Shown one piece after another: positions 47,760 to 59,439 of a stretch of DNA of 64,000 nucleotides (its first letter is position 1; the number at the start of each line of letters is the position of its first letter). The stretch covers positions 1,633,514 to 1,697,513 of the forward strand of contig NW_003314287.1 in the NCBI RefSeq assembly GCF_000143415.4. Direction: 5' to 3'. A program made the translations under genes and the position numbers. The notes beneath the pieces were generated by a model, which worked only from the letters and a program-made list of their open reading frames with translations, ran no database searches and was not told the DNA's origin. The DNA comes from Selaginella moellendorffii (taxonomy: Eukaryota > Plantae > Lycopodiophyta).

Positions 47760-48720
47760 AAGTTAAGTGGTTAAGTGAGGGAAGGCTCCAAAATAATGGA
47801 TCTTGAAGAATCTCTTTGATTGAATCATCAGCATAGAGATTCAATGCCTTATTGATGCATATGTTCTAGATTAGGGATCTTGAGCATGCAATGGAGTTTT
47901 CATGTGCAGCCATCTCTCATCCAGCTCTTACACCCACCATTGCTAATGTAAAAGTCTTTGCAATGGTTGAGAAGGCTTTGACAGAATTTGTAGGGTATAA
48001 GAAAATTATCTAACAATAGCAGCAAATGTAAAGAGCTTTGCATTTGTCAATTACAGCAAGTCAAGAAGCTACAACATGCTCCATACTTTTGGTATTGCTC
48101 CCATTGTGACATCACAACTCATAACTCATAACATGGAGAAGTGCTAAAAGCTTCATCTAAAGTTGCAGCCACCATGTTCTCAATGTATTCAGGAGCAACT
48201 GTTCATTAATAATAGCATTGTAACACAAGGGAAGGATTGCTACGAACAACAACTTAAGCATGCAAGCAATCAAGGCTGCACCTTTGTCATCTTCTAGTAA
48301 AGGGAAGGCTCTAATGGGACAAGTTAGTGCCATAAGAATTGTTGAGAGTTCACAATGACAATAACCATAAGAGCATAAAAGAAGAAACCAATTGTTCAAG
48401 AGGAAATTGATCATGATCCAGCTCCTTCAACAATCATTAATCCAACACCCAAGGTGGCATGGAAGCTCTTAATCATGTTTCTCCTACTTAAATATCCTTC
48501 ACCTTCCTTTGGCAGTTCCGAAGTCCTCGAGAGCACACTAGCAATTGATAGAAATATTTATCACCATTTTGCTACATGAGCTTTTGTGCACAATTCTTGG
48601 CTTTGGACAGTGTCTTGAGGATTTTGTGAGGTCTATTAGAACCATGGCCCCACTCCAATAGGATATCCACATTATTGACATTACCTCCTCTTTAGATCCA
48701 TTTTTTGCATTCATGAGCTT
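47760..48720 (-). mobile_element. Highly decayed DNA-transposon coding relic, possibly hAT
   Basis: Broken frames with fragments such as IKEILQDPLFWS; weak recognition only. Confidence 0.3.
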
Positions 48721-49790
48721 GCAATATAATTTCTTTGGATGTAGTGGGGATGGTCCAAATTTGAGTTGAGCTCATATCAACACAAGTCAACTCAAGTCAA
48801 CATAGTCAACATGAAGTCTTACAAATGAAATCTAAATTGAACAAATGAAGGTTCTAGCAAACTTTAAAATATTTAGATACGTAAATATCTGAGTTAAAAG
48901 TTTCTATAAGATTGAATTGTTTAAAAAAGACAGAGTTCACAAGAACCTATCTTTTATAAAGTTATATTATTTTATTATGACTACTATTACAGTTGTCATA
49001 TTTTGATTTGACTACTTAATATTTTGAATATTTTTATAGTTGTAAATACTATTCCTTCATTCAAAAGATTTTTTAGGGTTCATGAGAAGATGGGAAACAA
49101 GGAAAATACAAAATCTTTGAGTAAGAGTTATAGTGCAAAAGAATATGATAATGCTAATTTTGTTTCACTACCACAATTTCCATATTACACTCCTGGTCCT
49201 TGTTACCCATCTGGGAATGTGTAGACCACTATCATGATTGATAAAAATGCTCTTGTTGTTTCTGAAACAATAGTCCAGAGCAAAAGAAATGAAGAAATGA
49301 ACAACATGGTGGAAAACACCAAGAAATCTACTCTATAAAACTTTCTATGACATTTGTAATTTGTATATTAATTCATATTAAAAACTCTATTGCTTGCTTA
49401 TATTACAATCCTCTTATATGATAAGACCAAGGTATAATTTTGCAATGAATCCTCATTAAAAGTTTTTAGGAGTTGTTTGTGAATAATAATAAAAGAAATT
49501 GAAATCTTTCGAAAGACTCAAAAGTAATATCACATCAAAGAATCAACTTTATTTACATTTCCAAGACTGAAAGGCAGTCTCACATGAGATAATGGTAGCG
49601 TGCTAATATGCTCTGCCACTATAATGTAGTCTATATTTCCTTGTAGTCTATTTCCCTAGACATTTGGCATGTGTAGAAAATAATATATATGTAGCAAAGT
49701 AGGATTTCATCATAATGATAGAACATGTGTATACATGATAATCTAAAATTCTAGAAACTCTTATATTTTCACGGAAGACAACATCAACAT

Positions 49791-51058
49791 GGAATCCGTG
49801 TAAATCCGTGTAAATATAGTGAAAAGTGAAAAGTGAAAAGTGAATTTTACAAACTAAAGGTGGTAATACATGTTTTTTGTAGTAATGACTGTTGGTAGTA
49901 ATTTCATTCCAGCTCGACAAGATGCTTGTGAAGAGGAGTTGGAAGAACTCTCATCGACAACACGCTATATGCAATAACATATTATTTATTGTTTGTTCAT
50001 TCACTTAATTTTTTTATAAGTCTGTTCTATGTCCCCAATAAAACAATGAGGCATTGTGGGTATTTTCATTGGCTCCTACAATAGATTGCTGACATCTTTC
50101 ACGAAAGATGACATCAATATGGATATATGGCACAAGTTCAACCGTTGGTGCTGAAAGATATAAAGGCCATTGCTCCTAGTTGCGGCTTTCATTCTCTTTG
50201 ACTTTTTAGATGGTCTTTCAGATATCAATAGGAAAGTTGAGGATTGGAACTTTCTCACACTTGACCACATGCGTGATGCATTCCTCTTGTCCGAAGCACT
50301 TATACTCGAAGTTGGCCATGTCATCTTCATCCTACTAAACGACCCTAACTTGATGAATGAGCTTATGACATGTGCAGTAGAAGTTCATTTCAAGTCATTC
50401 TCTTCTGGATGTATTATGGATCCTATTGGCATCAATATGAGGGGTGTCCAAGGGAAGCATGAAAAGGTGAGTATGTATTTTATATTTTTATCTAATTTTT
50501 AAACATTTTTATTTTCCAGGTTATGATGTGGACCTATCATGCTTTTTGCAGAAACACACATAATGGTTTTCGTGATAGCGAATGTGTAGCATGTGTTTTG
50601 CCTGGGTATGACAGTTCCACTAATATCATACCCAACCTTGTGGATGAGCAGATCCGTAACACATTTCCAAGGTACCAATTTCAAACTCCATCAACAATAC
50701 AAGTCTTGCTTGAGCTCTATTGCCCACCAGATGGTGTTGTGATTGATTGCATAACAAGTAGCGATTCTATGATGGAGGCAACACGTGACTTTGGTAGGTT
50801 GGTGTTTGCTATTGAAGAATATCATTTCTTCAAATGCCGGCTCCAATCCGTGTAAATATAAGAGTTTCTAGAATTTTAGATTATCATGTATACACATGTT
50901 AGTGTAGTCTATATTTCCTTGTAGTCTATTTCCCTAGACATTTGGCATGTGTAGAAAATAATATATATGTAGCAAAGTAGGATTTCATCATAATGATAGA
51001 ACATGTGTATACATGATAATCTAAAATTCTAGAAACTCTTATATTTACACGGATTTCC
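49791..51058. mobile_element. Segment bounded by terminal inverted repeats GGAA(A)TCCGTGTAAAT, enclosing MTase-like exons
   Basis: IR at 49791-49818 and 51040-51058. Internal near-perfect ~55-bp IR at 50845-50900 / 51000-51055. A ~150-bp direct repeat at 49626-49775 / 50904-51053. Confidence 0.7.
49912..50855 (+). pseudogene. Degenerate amino (N6-A/N4-C, beta-class order) DNA methyltransferase-like gene, intron 50467-50519
   Basis: FILFDFLDG sits at the motif IV (DPPY) position, ~50188-50214. C-terminal YQFQTPSTIQVLLELYCPPDGVVIDCITSSDSMMEATRDFGRLVFAIEE matches the motif X/I/II pattern ..KP..LL..LI..Y..PG..VLDPF.GSG.T..AA...GR...GIE. In-frame stops upstream. Confidence 0.68.
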
Positions 51059-51068
51059 ATGCCGGCTC

Positions 51069-53734
51069 TCAACATGGAAACTCTTGTATTCCATTGTCAT
51101 TTACATTGCCATTATTGCTAGCATTGACAACTTCCTCGTGGTCTAGTGTAGAGGTCTCCTTCTCTAGAAGCTCTAACTCCCAAGGGCATTCTATCTTCCG
51201 TGCCTTTGGAACTCTTGCAAATATTGTTGGGTACATTCTTCCATCCTTTACACCCTTTGCAACAAGTCGAGTGCAAACTAGTGCCTCAAATAACATGCCT
51301 CTATATCGAAGATACCTGTAAACAATATATATTTTTAAAAAGTCTTAGAAATTATATTATACCTGTAAGCTGCACATCTCATAAAATAAAGCTGACCATG
51401 TTGGCAATCATAAGTTGTTGTGCTTGTAGACTTCTCTGGCAGCCACCCCTCTTCAATCCCTTCCAATGATGTGTTAATGTAGATGTCAAAAGATATAAAT
51501 GTGCCATTTGGATCGTCACCAATGTGTGGTGCCAAGAACTTCTCACCCTCACTTATAGTTTGCGTGATGTAAATAGCCCTTCTCATCATGTTCTCAAATA
51601 GTTCTGGCAGTCTTTCCTCTCTGTTCATTAAGCGGACATTGAGGAAATCCAAAGTCTCTATCTGTTGCTTATATAAAAGTTTCGATTTTACAATATTGTA
51701 AATCATGTCATTTGGAGTTTTGTTCACTGCAAAAGTAACATATGCATAATTGCGAAAAATGAAGTGCGATAAAAACCTTACATTCATGAGAAGAAATTTC
51801 GACTATAATCTTTAGCCACTCCTTCGGCCTGCGATTGTTTGCAATACATACTAGTTTCTTCAACTTTGAAGACTTTGCATGTTGAATTTTATGCTCAATT
51901 TTTACAAACTCAGCTGAGAGCTCTTCTTGACTCTTCTCTAGATATGCAAGTTCGTAAGAATCTTGCTTGACCTTCACCAAAGGCTAAAAACTAAAACAAT
52001 TAAAAGAGGTCCTTATAAAATGAAAAAGACATACCTTGCATCACATAGCAAGCATAAAATTGATTGGGTTGTTGAACCAAGTTGTATTGTTATTTCGAGT
52101 GTATGAGTGCTAAATAAGTGTTGCAAGATCATCACCATAATGTTGGCAAATGTCATCCTCACTCAAGTCTGCTAAAATTCAAAATTGCTCAATGTCATGG
52201 ACAAGGTTTTGCTTTTGAACAGCAAACTGCCCAAGCCTGCATTTAAACACGACAAAATAAGTTAAAGTGGAGTTGGAGATAAAATTATAAAACTTACGTA
52301 TTGATCTTTTGGCAGGCCAAGATAAGTCTGTTGACATCCAAAGGTCTCCTCGCATAGACATGGTCAACTGAAACATTGATATGGTAGACGGGATCATCGC
52401 GAAAATGATTGTTGATACACTTCATCTAAGGCCCATATTGATAGTTACCATCAATAATTTGGAACATTGTCCCACAAGCTGTTAAGTCTCAGGATGGTTG
52501 ATAAGCATGTTATCAAATTCCAGGGACTTCCTCCTCCAAATAGGATCCTAGCTATTCACAATTTCAAATGCGACAGTAACAATCTCCATTGTTCTTAGTT
52601 TGCAAAAAGAGACTAGAAACATACTAATATTTGCCGCAAGGCCATTCTATTTGAACAAGTTATATATATCCGGGTTGACATACTTGGATGCTGTGCGGAC
52701 AAAGTTTGTCTGCTACAAATAATAAAGGGGGATTTCTTTAATCAAGTCATAAGGGCCTGGCCTCTTAAGCGCCTCAAGTGTTTCGTGAACTGCTTTTTCC
52801 TTTGTCTACATAACAGTCTCTTGGAAGCACTTGTCCACCATGTTGTCAAGAAGGTTTGCAACTTTTTCAGCTCTAGGTTGTTCCTTAGGTTCCCTATTAT
52901 GAACACCACCAAATTGCCAACTTCAGGGATTTAAGCTGGTGGTGGGCCAATGAGGAGTAAAGGTGGAGGTGGTAGTGGTGATGGTGAGGGTGGTGGTGGT
53001 GGCGGCAGGGGCGGACGCAATAGTGGTAGTGGTGGTGGCAATGGTGGTGGTGGTGGTGGCAATGGTGGTGGTGGAGGTGGTGATTTTCCTTTTCTACAAG
53101 AGAAATTTTTTTTTGTCAAATTAAATAAAGATAATAAGAAATTCAAACAGTAAAAGAGAAAAAAAAAATCAAGTGGGCCCAAACTCCACTTTGGGCAGTT
53201 TTGTTGCTCAAAAGGCCGAGGTTATTCAAATAACCTTAGCCCATTGGGCAGCCAAAGTGCCCAAGGTGGCTAGCCCGGGCTTGACCTCGGGTAGTTTGGC
53301 CGCTCGAGGAGCCGAGGTTATTTAAATAACCTCCGCCCCTTGAGTGACCAAACTGCCCGAGGTGGCCAGCCTGAGCTCGACCTCGGGCACTTTGGCCACT
53401 CCAAGGGCCAAAGTTATTCGAATAACCTCGGCCCCTCAGGCGGCCAAACTGCCCGAGGTGGCTAACCCGAGCTCGACCTCAGGCATTTTGGCCACCCGAG
53501 GGGCCGAGGTTATTCAAATAACCTCGACTCCTTGGGCCGGCCAAACTGTCCAAGGTTGAGGGCCCGAGCTCGACCTTGGGCAGTTTTGCCACTGCCAAGG
53601 TTATTTAAATAACCTAGGCCCCTCAGGTGGCCAAACTGTTTGAGGTGTCTAGCCCTAAAGAAGCAATCAAGAAAGAAGCAAGAGGAAAAAATGGAAGTGG
53701 AAGCAATCAAATCAAAACTCACCCTTGGTGGCAA
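51069..53734 (-). pseudogene. Degenerate spliced gene with a ParB/Srx-like domain and NLS-like start (xPPR|KRK)
   Basis: Donor GTGAGT at 53722, acceptor at 53094. Exon 2 reads ..IPLYYL*QTNFVR..EFDNML..KIIDGNYQYGP*MKCI; three C>T/G>A reversions give DGNHR...W. Further exons extend to ~51070. Confidence 0.62.
53175..53655. repeat. Tandem array of five ~96-bp units, each an ~80-bp palindrome
   Basis: GTTATT core half-sites at 53221, 53317, 53413, 53509 and 53600; centre CCGAGGTTATT-YR-AATAACCTCGG. Confidence 0.92.
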
Positions 53735-53769
53735 CTTTACTTCCTAATTTCTCGATCGTGCTAGATTTT

Positions 53770-54025
53770 TCGCGCACTCAATCTCTCCCACTTATGTGCT
53801 CAGTCTCTCAATCTCTTGCACACTTAATCTCTCGATCTCTTGCATGCTCAATCGCTCAATCTCTTGTGCACTCAATCCCTCGATCTCTTGCGCACTCAAT
53901 CCCTCGATCTCCTTTGCACTCAATCCCTCGATCTCCTTCGCGCTCCACTCACAGTGCAAACAGAAACCTAATCTTGGCAGCTACCCTAACCCTAATCCTG
54001 ATGGTTGCCCTAACCCTAACCAATC
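53770..54025 (+). repeat. ~24-bp minisatellite (CTCAATCCCTCGATCTCTTGCGCA) followed by telomere-like (A)CCCTA units
   Basis: Seen directly in the sequence. Confidence 0.85.
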
Positions 54026-55024
54026 TCTTATCCTGGCTGTTCATTCCAAATAACCTAAATCTCAACCATCACAATATCTTTGATCTTATTTTATCTTATC
54101 ATTATTATTATATATGAATTATACTTCTTTATTTTGTATATTTTAATAATGATATAACTAGCACCTATCAACGTTTTTGTTATTAGAGATATGATATATT
54201 TTTTACATTATCTAGAAAGGATGCATTCTCATCAATATTTTGTACATATTTTGGAATCCTTACAAGAACTTTAAAGAGTATAAATAAGGCACATTAAAAT
54301 ATGTTGTACTATATCCATCTATGAATGGATGAATCCTCATCCAGAAATTTATTTTGTGTTGTATTAGATCCTAAACAATAGCCACATGCTTTAAATGTCA
54401 TTGACCAGTGTTCACAATTATGGATAAAACTTGAGTTGTACTATGAATCAAATCTGTCATTGAAGAATATGATTTTACAAGATTTATTATCATCTACCAC
54501 TTAAAATTTGACAACTTGACATATCACACGTGCTGACAATCAGATTAGATCTCTTGGTTTAACATGCTATAGCAGAATGTCATTACTGATATCATTATTA
54601 ACTATCAAACTTCATGTGCTTAAAATCCTTCCTTGGATCTATGTGTATACATGCATCAGAGATCATAATAGATGACAGTAATATTAATATTGTCACACTT
54701 GTACATGTTAAATTTGCTATAGAATTTAAATTCATTTTGTACGTTGTTGATATTCTTCTTATTACTCTATTTAAATTTCAATTATGTTTTACTATGGATT
54801 TTTATAAGTAGCATAAAGAGAGAGAACTTCAAAACCTATTGAGAAGGATGGAGAGATTTTTTCTTCATTTTCGAGATCACCCACCTCTTTCATTCTCTCA
54901 AAGTATTGTTTCTAAAAGTTTTTTATGTCGGCATTTTGATCTTCATCTTGGCTCTATTTCTTTAGAGGCTGTGATTCACAACAACACTGGTATAGTTGTA
55001 TACTCAAAGTTTCTTCCTTCTAGT

Positions 55025-58000
55025 ATGGGTGAGGGTGGACAACAATGGGATTTACAGAATTCCAGGTCGAAGAAGATTCGAGTTTTTGGATCTCCAGTCA
55101 AAGTGCCAAAATGTGCTCCAGCCAAAGTGAATGTGAAGCAAGAGTCAGTCGTTATCCTCTCGTCCTCTTTTAGTTCAAGTGGAGAAGTCATGCTAGTGTC
55201 GGTGCCAAATTCACCAGCTCCAGCTTCAGCTTCAATTCCAACTTCAGCAATATTCAAAACTGTTAGCAATGCTTTCTAGTTTTTGCACCTTTCAATCGAT
55301 ATGCACTTGTTATTGTATAGGCTTATGAGGGAGCTTCCATCCTCTTATAATGGCAACATTTTCTTCGAGCTACCACCTCTTGTCAACAGCATAGGTTCTA
55401 AACATAAGGGGATGGAAACCAAGCAGGATGTCCATAATTAGTGTAAGATCAAGACCACACACTTCCAACATTTTGAAGACATAGTGTTTATAGTTCATTG
55501 TGGTGGGCATTTAAATTGCATGGATGAAGCATGCAATTGAAACTATTATAGAAATTCTATATTTTTCGAAGGGTCTGCAGTCAATCCTCCAGCTTGTGAC
55601 ACCATTGCTATTGGATTCAAGTGTTGATTCTGCAAAAATGCTCCTCTATGTCATGCTATTTGTGAGGCCAAAATGTACTACTTTCTTCCATGGGATGGAG
55701 TGGCTGGAAGAGCTATAGTGCATGTTGGCACACACATGCATCTAATGCAAAAAGGGATATAAAGGAGTTCTCTCAACCGTTTCAAAGATGCTATGTAGGA
55801 AGAGATTATGAGAAATTCATCTACAACTCCGAAGCATGTTTAGAAGACCGTCCTCAAGGATTTTATCTCAAACACTTTACTCAATCTAGGTTGCCAAAAG
55901 ACTCAACTAAACGAGGCTAGTTTGTGGGACTTACTACAAGGAGTACAACCTGCTACTAACCTAAGGAGGTACATCCGTTATATTTCATATGTTCTAATAA
56001 TATCTTTTTCTTACATTATATTGTTTAGGATAAAATCTTGCATGTGTGAATCTCGAGAGGGGAAGTTGCAATAAAAAATTAACTCCATCCTTGAATTGAA
56101 ACGGACCTATCCATACGAGTTTATCCACGGAAGTTTGTTTCTAGACTAAGTTGTGAATGAGCAAGAGCACCCCTTTGTTTTCAAAATGTTTACCACGGGT
56201 TTGACGCTGGGTTTTCGAGCGAGTGGGCAACATCCGTAGCTCGGTTTGCAATGGGACTTGAACCGTTGGAAAGCTTGCGTGAATCCACCCGTTTCCACAG
56301 AAACGGATCCCGCTTTCGTTGCTCCACTGTCCCGCACCATTGCAATGGGTTTCGTGCCGTTCCTGCCTTTGGCATAAATCTTGTCTCCCGAATGGACATG
56401 TTTGGGTCTAGTGACCTTGCAAATGCATGCGTTCATTTTGACCATATGGAGCACGTATTAGGTTGGACAACCATGGGAGCTCATGTGTATGATCCAAGGT
56501 AATTTTTATTCTCATTATATTAAAATTGTTGTAATATTTGTGTTTACACAGGCTATATTGTAACTTGACAATTGCGACAGCAGAGTTTAAAGTATAAGAC
56601 CAGATAGCCTAGGAAATATTTTGGAAGTCCCTCTTCAACAAGTCTGCAAACTTTCGCAATTTCATGGCAGATGGGGCTAATGCAAACTGGAATGGTGTCC
56701 AAGTAGTTTTTGGGAATGGTCAGTCATTGGAAGGTCATGAGAGGATTTGTGAGTTCCATTGGGCTCAAAGCCTAAACCAACACTACCACCTTATCAAGCT
56801 AGAGTTTCAATCATTGTTTAAAGAGTTGTGCAAAAAATGGCAGGTTGTACCTTCTAAAGAAGAGCATGAGACAAAAACAAATGAGATCCAAATGTGGTGG
56901 CATGAAGATGGCCATACAAACGTAAGTTGCTTACCACAACTTGAGTCATGGTTAGCGTGGTGGGAAGTTAGGATGTTCTAGTGGGAATATCACTCTTTTT
57001 AGGTTGGTTTTTATTTTTTCTTCTCCTTTTATTACTTTTTAATATTGCTTTTTCCATTAGGATCAACCACTTGAGGACCTCGCATACACCTTAACTATGA
57101 ATTTCTCCGAAAGTAAGCATTGGAGTTAGCGTTCCTCTAAGGCAGGGAAAGGGAAGATGAGTCTATACAAAACTTGCCTATCAAATTTGATATGTGCTAT
57201 AGAGCAATCTTTAAAAGCACTGATATTCAAGAAAGGAAGGTATGTGGGAACAAGGCCTTTTGTTGAGATGTTACATGATAGGATGAAGAGAAAATTAACT
57301 CCACCCACCCAAATAGTGGCAACTATAGTTGAGGAAGTGGTCTGTGGCACATCTATAGAGTACACTCCCCAAATTTCTATTGGTGATATAAAGACTATCC
57401 ACTCAAAGCGTCATTTTTCCTTTGTTGGTGAAAATGTTGGTATAGAACTTGGAGTGAAAAGCTCTTATAGGCTTGATGTCAAATACCATTTTGCTCCAAG
57501 ATACCGCTCTCAGATTGAGCCACCTCAAGTGGCTAATGAAGAGAGTGCATCCTAACAGGTTGAAATTACTTATTGTAGTGTGGAGCCGAAGCAATGGGCA
57601 ATCCGATGTGTGCTAGTAAAATCGAATGTAAGGTGTGTGTAAATGCTTCTAAAAGGGAAGTGTTGGGCTTGGATTCGTGGTGACAAATCTACTTCTGTTC
57701 CAACCCCATGTTTCTATGGGGAAGCAGGATTTTTGAAATGGTGTTGGCTGTATTGTTGTAACACTGATGCCAACCATACGAAGTGGCTTGAAGACACTAT
57801 AGTGACTAAATCTAATGCAGTACTTAAAGAATGGCCAGTTGCTAATGGGGTCATGCTCACCTCGGATGAGATTGAAAACCTTGAGAAATTTAGTTTCAAT
57901 TTTGAGAGGAGAGTTGGAGACATGAATGATAGAACTAGAACTATTCCTATAGAGATGCACAGGAGGCTAGCAAGAAAAGGTAAGGTAGTTAAATTTATTG

Positions 58001-58329
58001 GTACCATCTTTAAGCAAAAGCAAGGTCAAATTAACTTGGCTCAAACACTTGAGTGTGAGATTCTCTTCACGAAGTACATCACTACGTTTGCAAAAGAGTA
58101 CATAGTCAAAACAAAAGGTGAAGAGTACACAATTATCATTCAAGACTTTTCTTCTTGCACATGTCTAGACTTTATGAAGCGCGAGGAACATGGGAAGGCA
58201 TATGCTCCTTGCAAACATATATACTACATCTTCATCAACATCTTGCACCAGGATCCTAAAGTGGATATTCATATACACCAAGTAAGCCTTACTATTGCTG
58301 AGTTGCAGAAAACTTTTGGAGCTAACTAG
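55025..58329 (+). mobile_element. Degenerate intron-containing Mutator-like (MULE) transposase with C-terminal SWIM zinc finger
   Basis: VHFDH..VLGWTTMGAHVYDP (first Asp), FMADGANANW (second Asp, ~56661), ICEFHW (CxxH), SWIM CTCLDF...PCKHIYY (~58156-58230), and a Cys/His-rich N-terminal region. Several in-frame stops. Confidence 0.82.
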
Positions 58330-59439
58330 ATTTCTTCAACACTATCGATATTTATTCTTTATCAATAATATAAACTTATTATACTTAATATAATTAGTAA
58401 AAAAATGTTTTTTCATTTCACTTTTCATTTTATATACTTCCAAGTGTTCTTTTTGTAATACTATCCATAGTACTCATATGTCTCAATTTTTGTCTTTACC
58501 ATCTCAAAAAAAATTTCATAGTAATCATTTGGATGCATGATGCAGTGTGTTGCGAAAGCATATATACCATCATATTAATCATCACCATTATTTCCACCAA
58601 ATGTTAGAAAACATATAGGGCATTTCTTGAAAGTGGCATTTCTAAAACAAGTAAGAGGGCATTCTTTTTCACCTAATTTGTTGCGCCTTTTGTCATTGCA
58701 TTTATCTCCAACTCATGATTATTATCCTCTCTTTCATTCTCTTGTGTGATTTGGTTATGCTGTGCAATGGGATAGTTATTGCATCTACTAACCCTTGAAC
58801 CCTGGGAAGAAAGATTGTGAGAGTTAAAATTACTAACACTAAAACCTATAGACATTTGTGTGTATTTCCCTTTTTTTGAATGAGAGTGTGAATGAAAATT
58901 TATAAATTCTAGACAGTATGCTATGATAAACCCCTCAAGAATGTATTCTAGAAAAGAACCAAGTCTTTCTTTTATATGCAATAAACTTACATTGGAATGA
59001 TAGTGTGATTTGCAAATATCTTTAGGATCAAAGTTGTAGCTACATCGAGCGTGGACCATACTTGAGCTCACGAGTTGAAAAATTGAGCTCATGAGTCGAG
59101 CTGAAGTTTTAATTGTAGTTTAATATAAACATTAAAAAACTTTAAAATATTAAGGTTATGGTGAACTTAATAATTTTATAACTCTCTACATATTATATAG
59201 ATAAAAATGTTCTAAAGGACACTTCTTGTTCTAACAATTTAAATAGCTATAATAGGAATGTCTATTAGATAATAAAATAAGATGTTTGCAGAAAAAGTAT
59301 TCATGTCACTTCTTTAAATTTGTACTCTGTGCTTTCTGGTTAGTAAATGTCAGGTTTGTCAGAATTAAAAAATTATTAAAATTTAAATAAGATTTTATAT
59401 AAAGCCATATAACCATTTGAAAGGAAAAAAAAAAACTGT

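Noticed and set aside
52931-53182. Poly-Pro ORF (-) and poly-Gly ORF (+)
   Set aside because: Shadow frames of an (ACC)n tract. Splice phase and continuity with the ParB-like exon favour the Thr-rich frame.
53175-53655. CRISPR-like appearance of the palindromic array
   Set aside because: The linkers are conserved rather than unique spacers, there are no cas genes, and the context is eukaryotic.
48745-59105. Possible outer TIRs of the MULE region (ATGGTCCA/TGGACCAT with GAGCTC-rich repeats; also ~58410-58445 versus 49791-49840)
   Set aside because: Matches are too short or degenerate and no TSD was found, so the element boundaries remain undefined.
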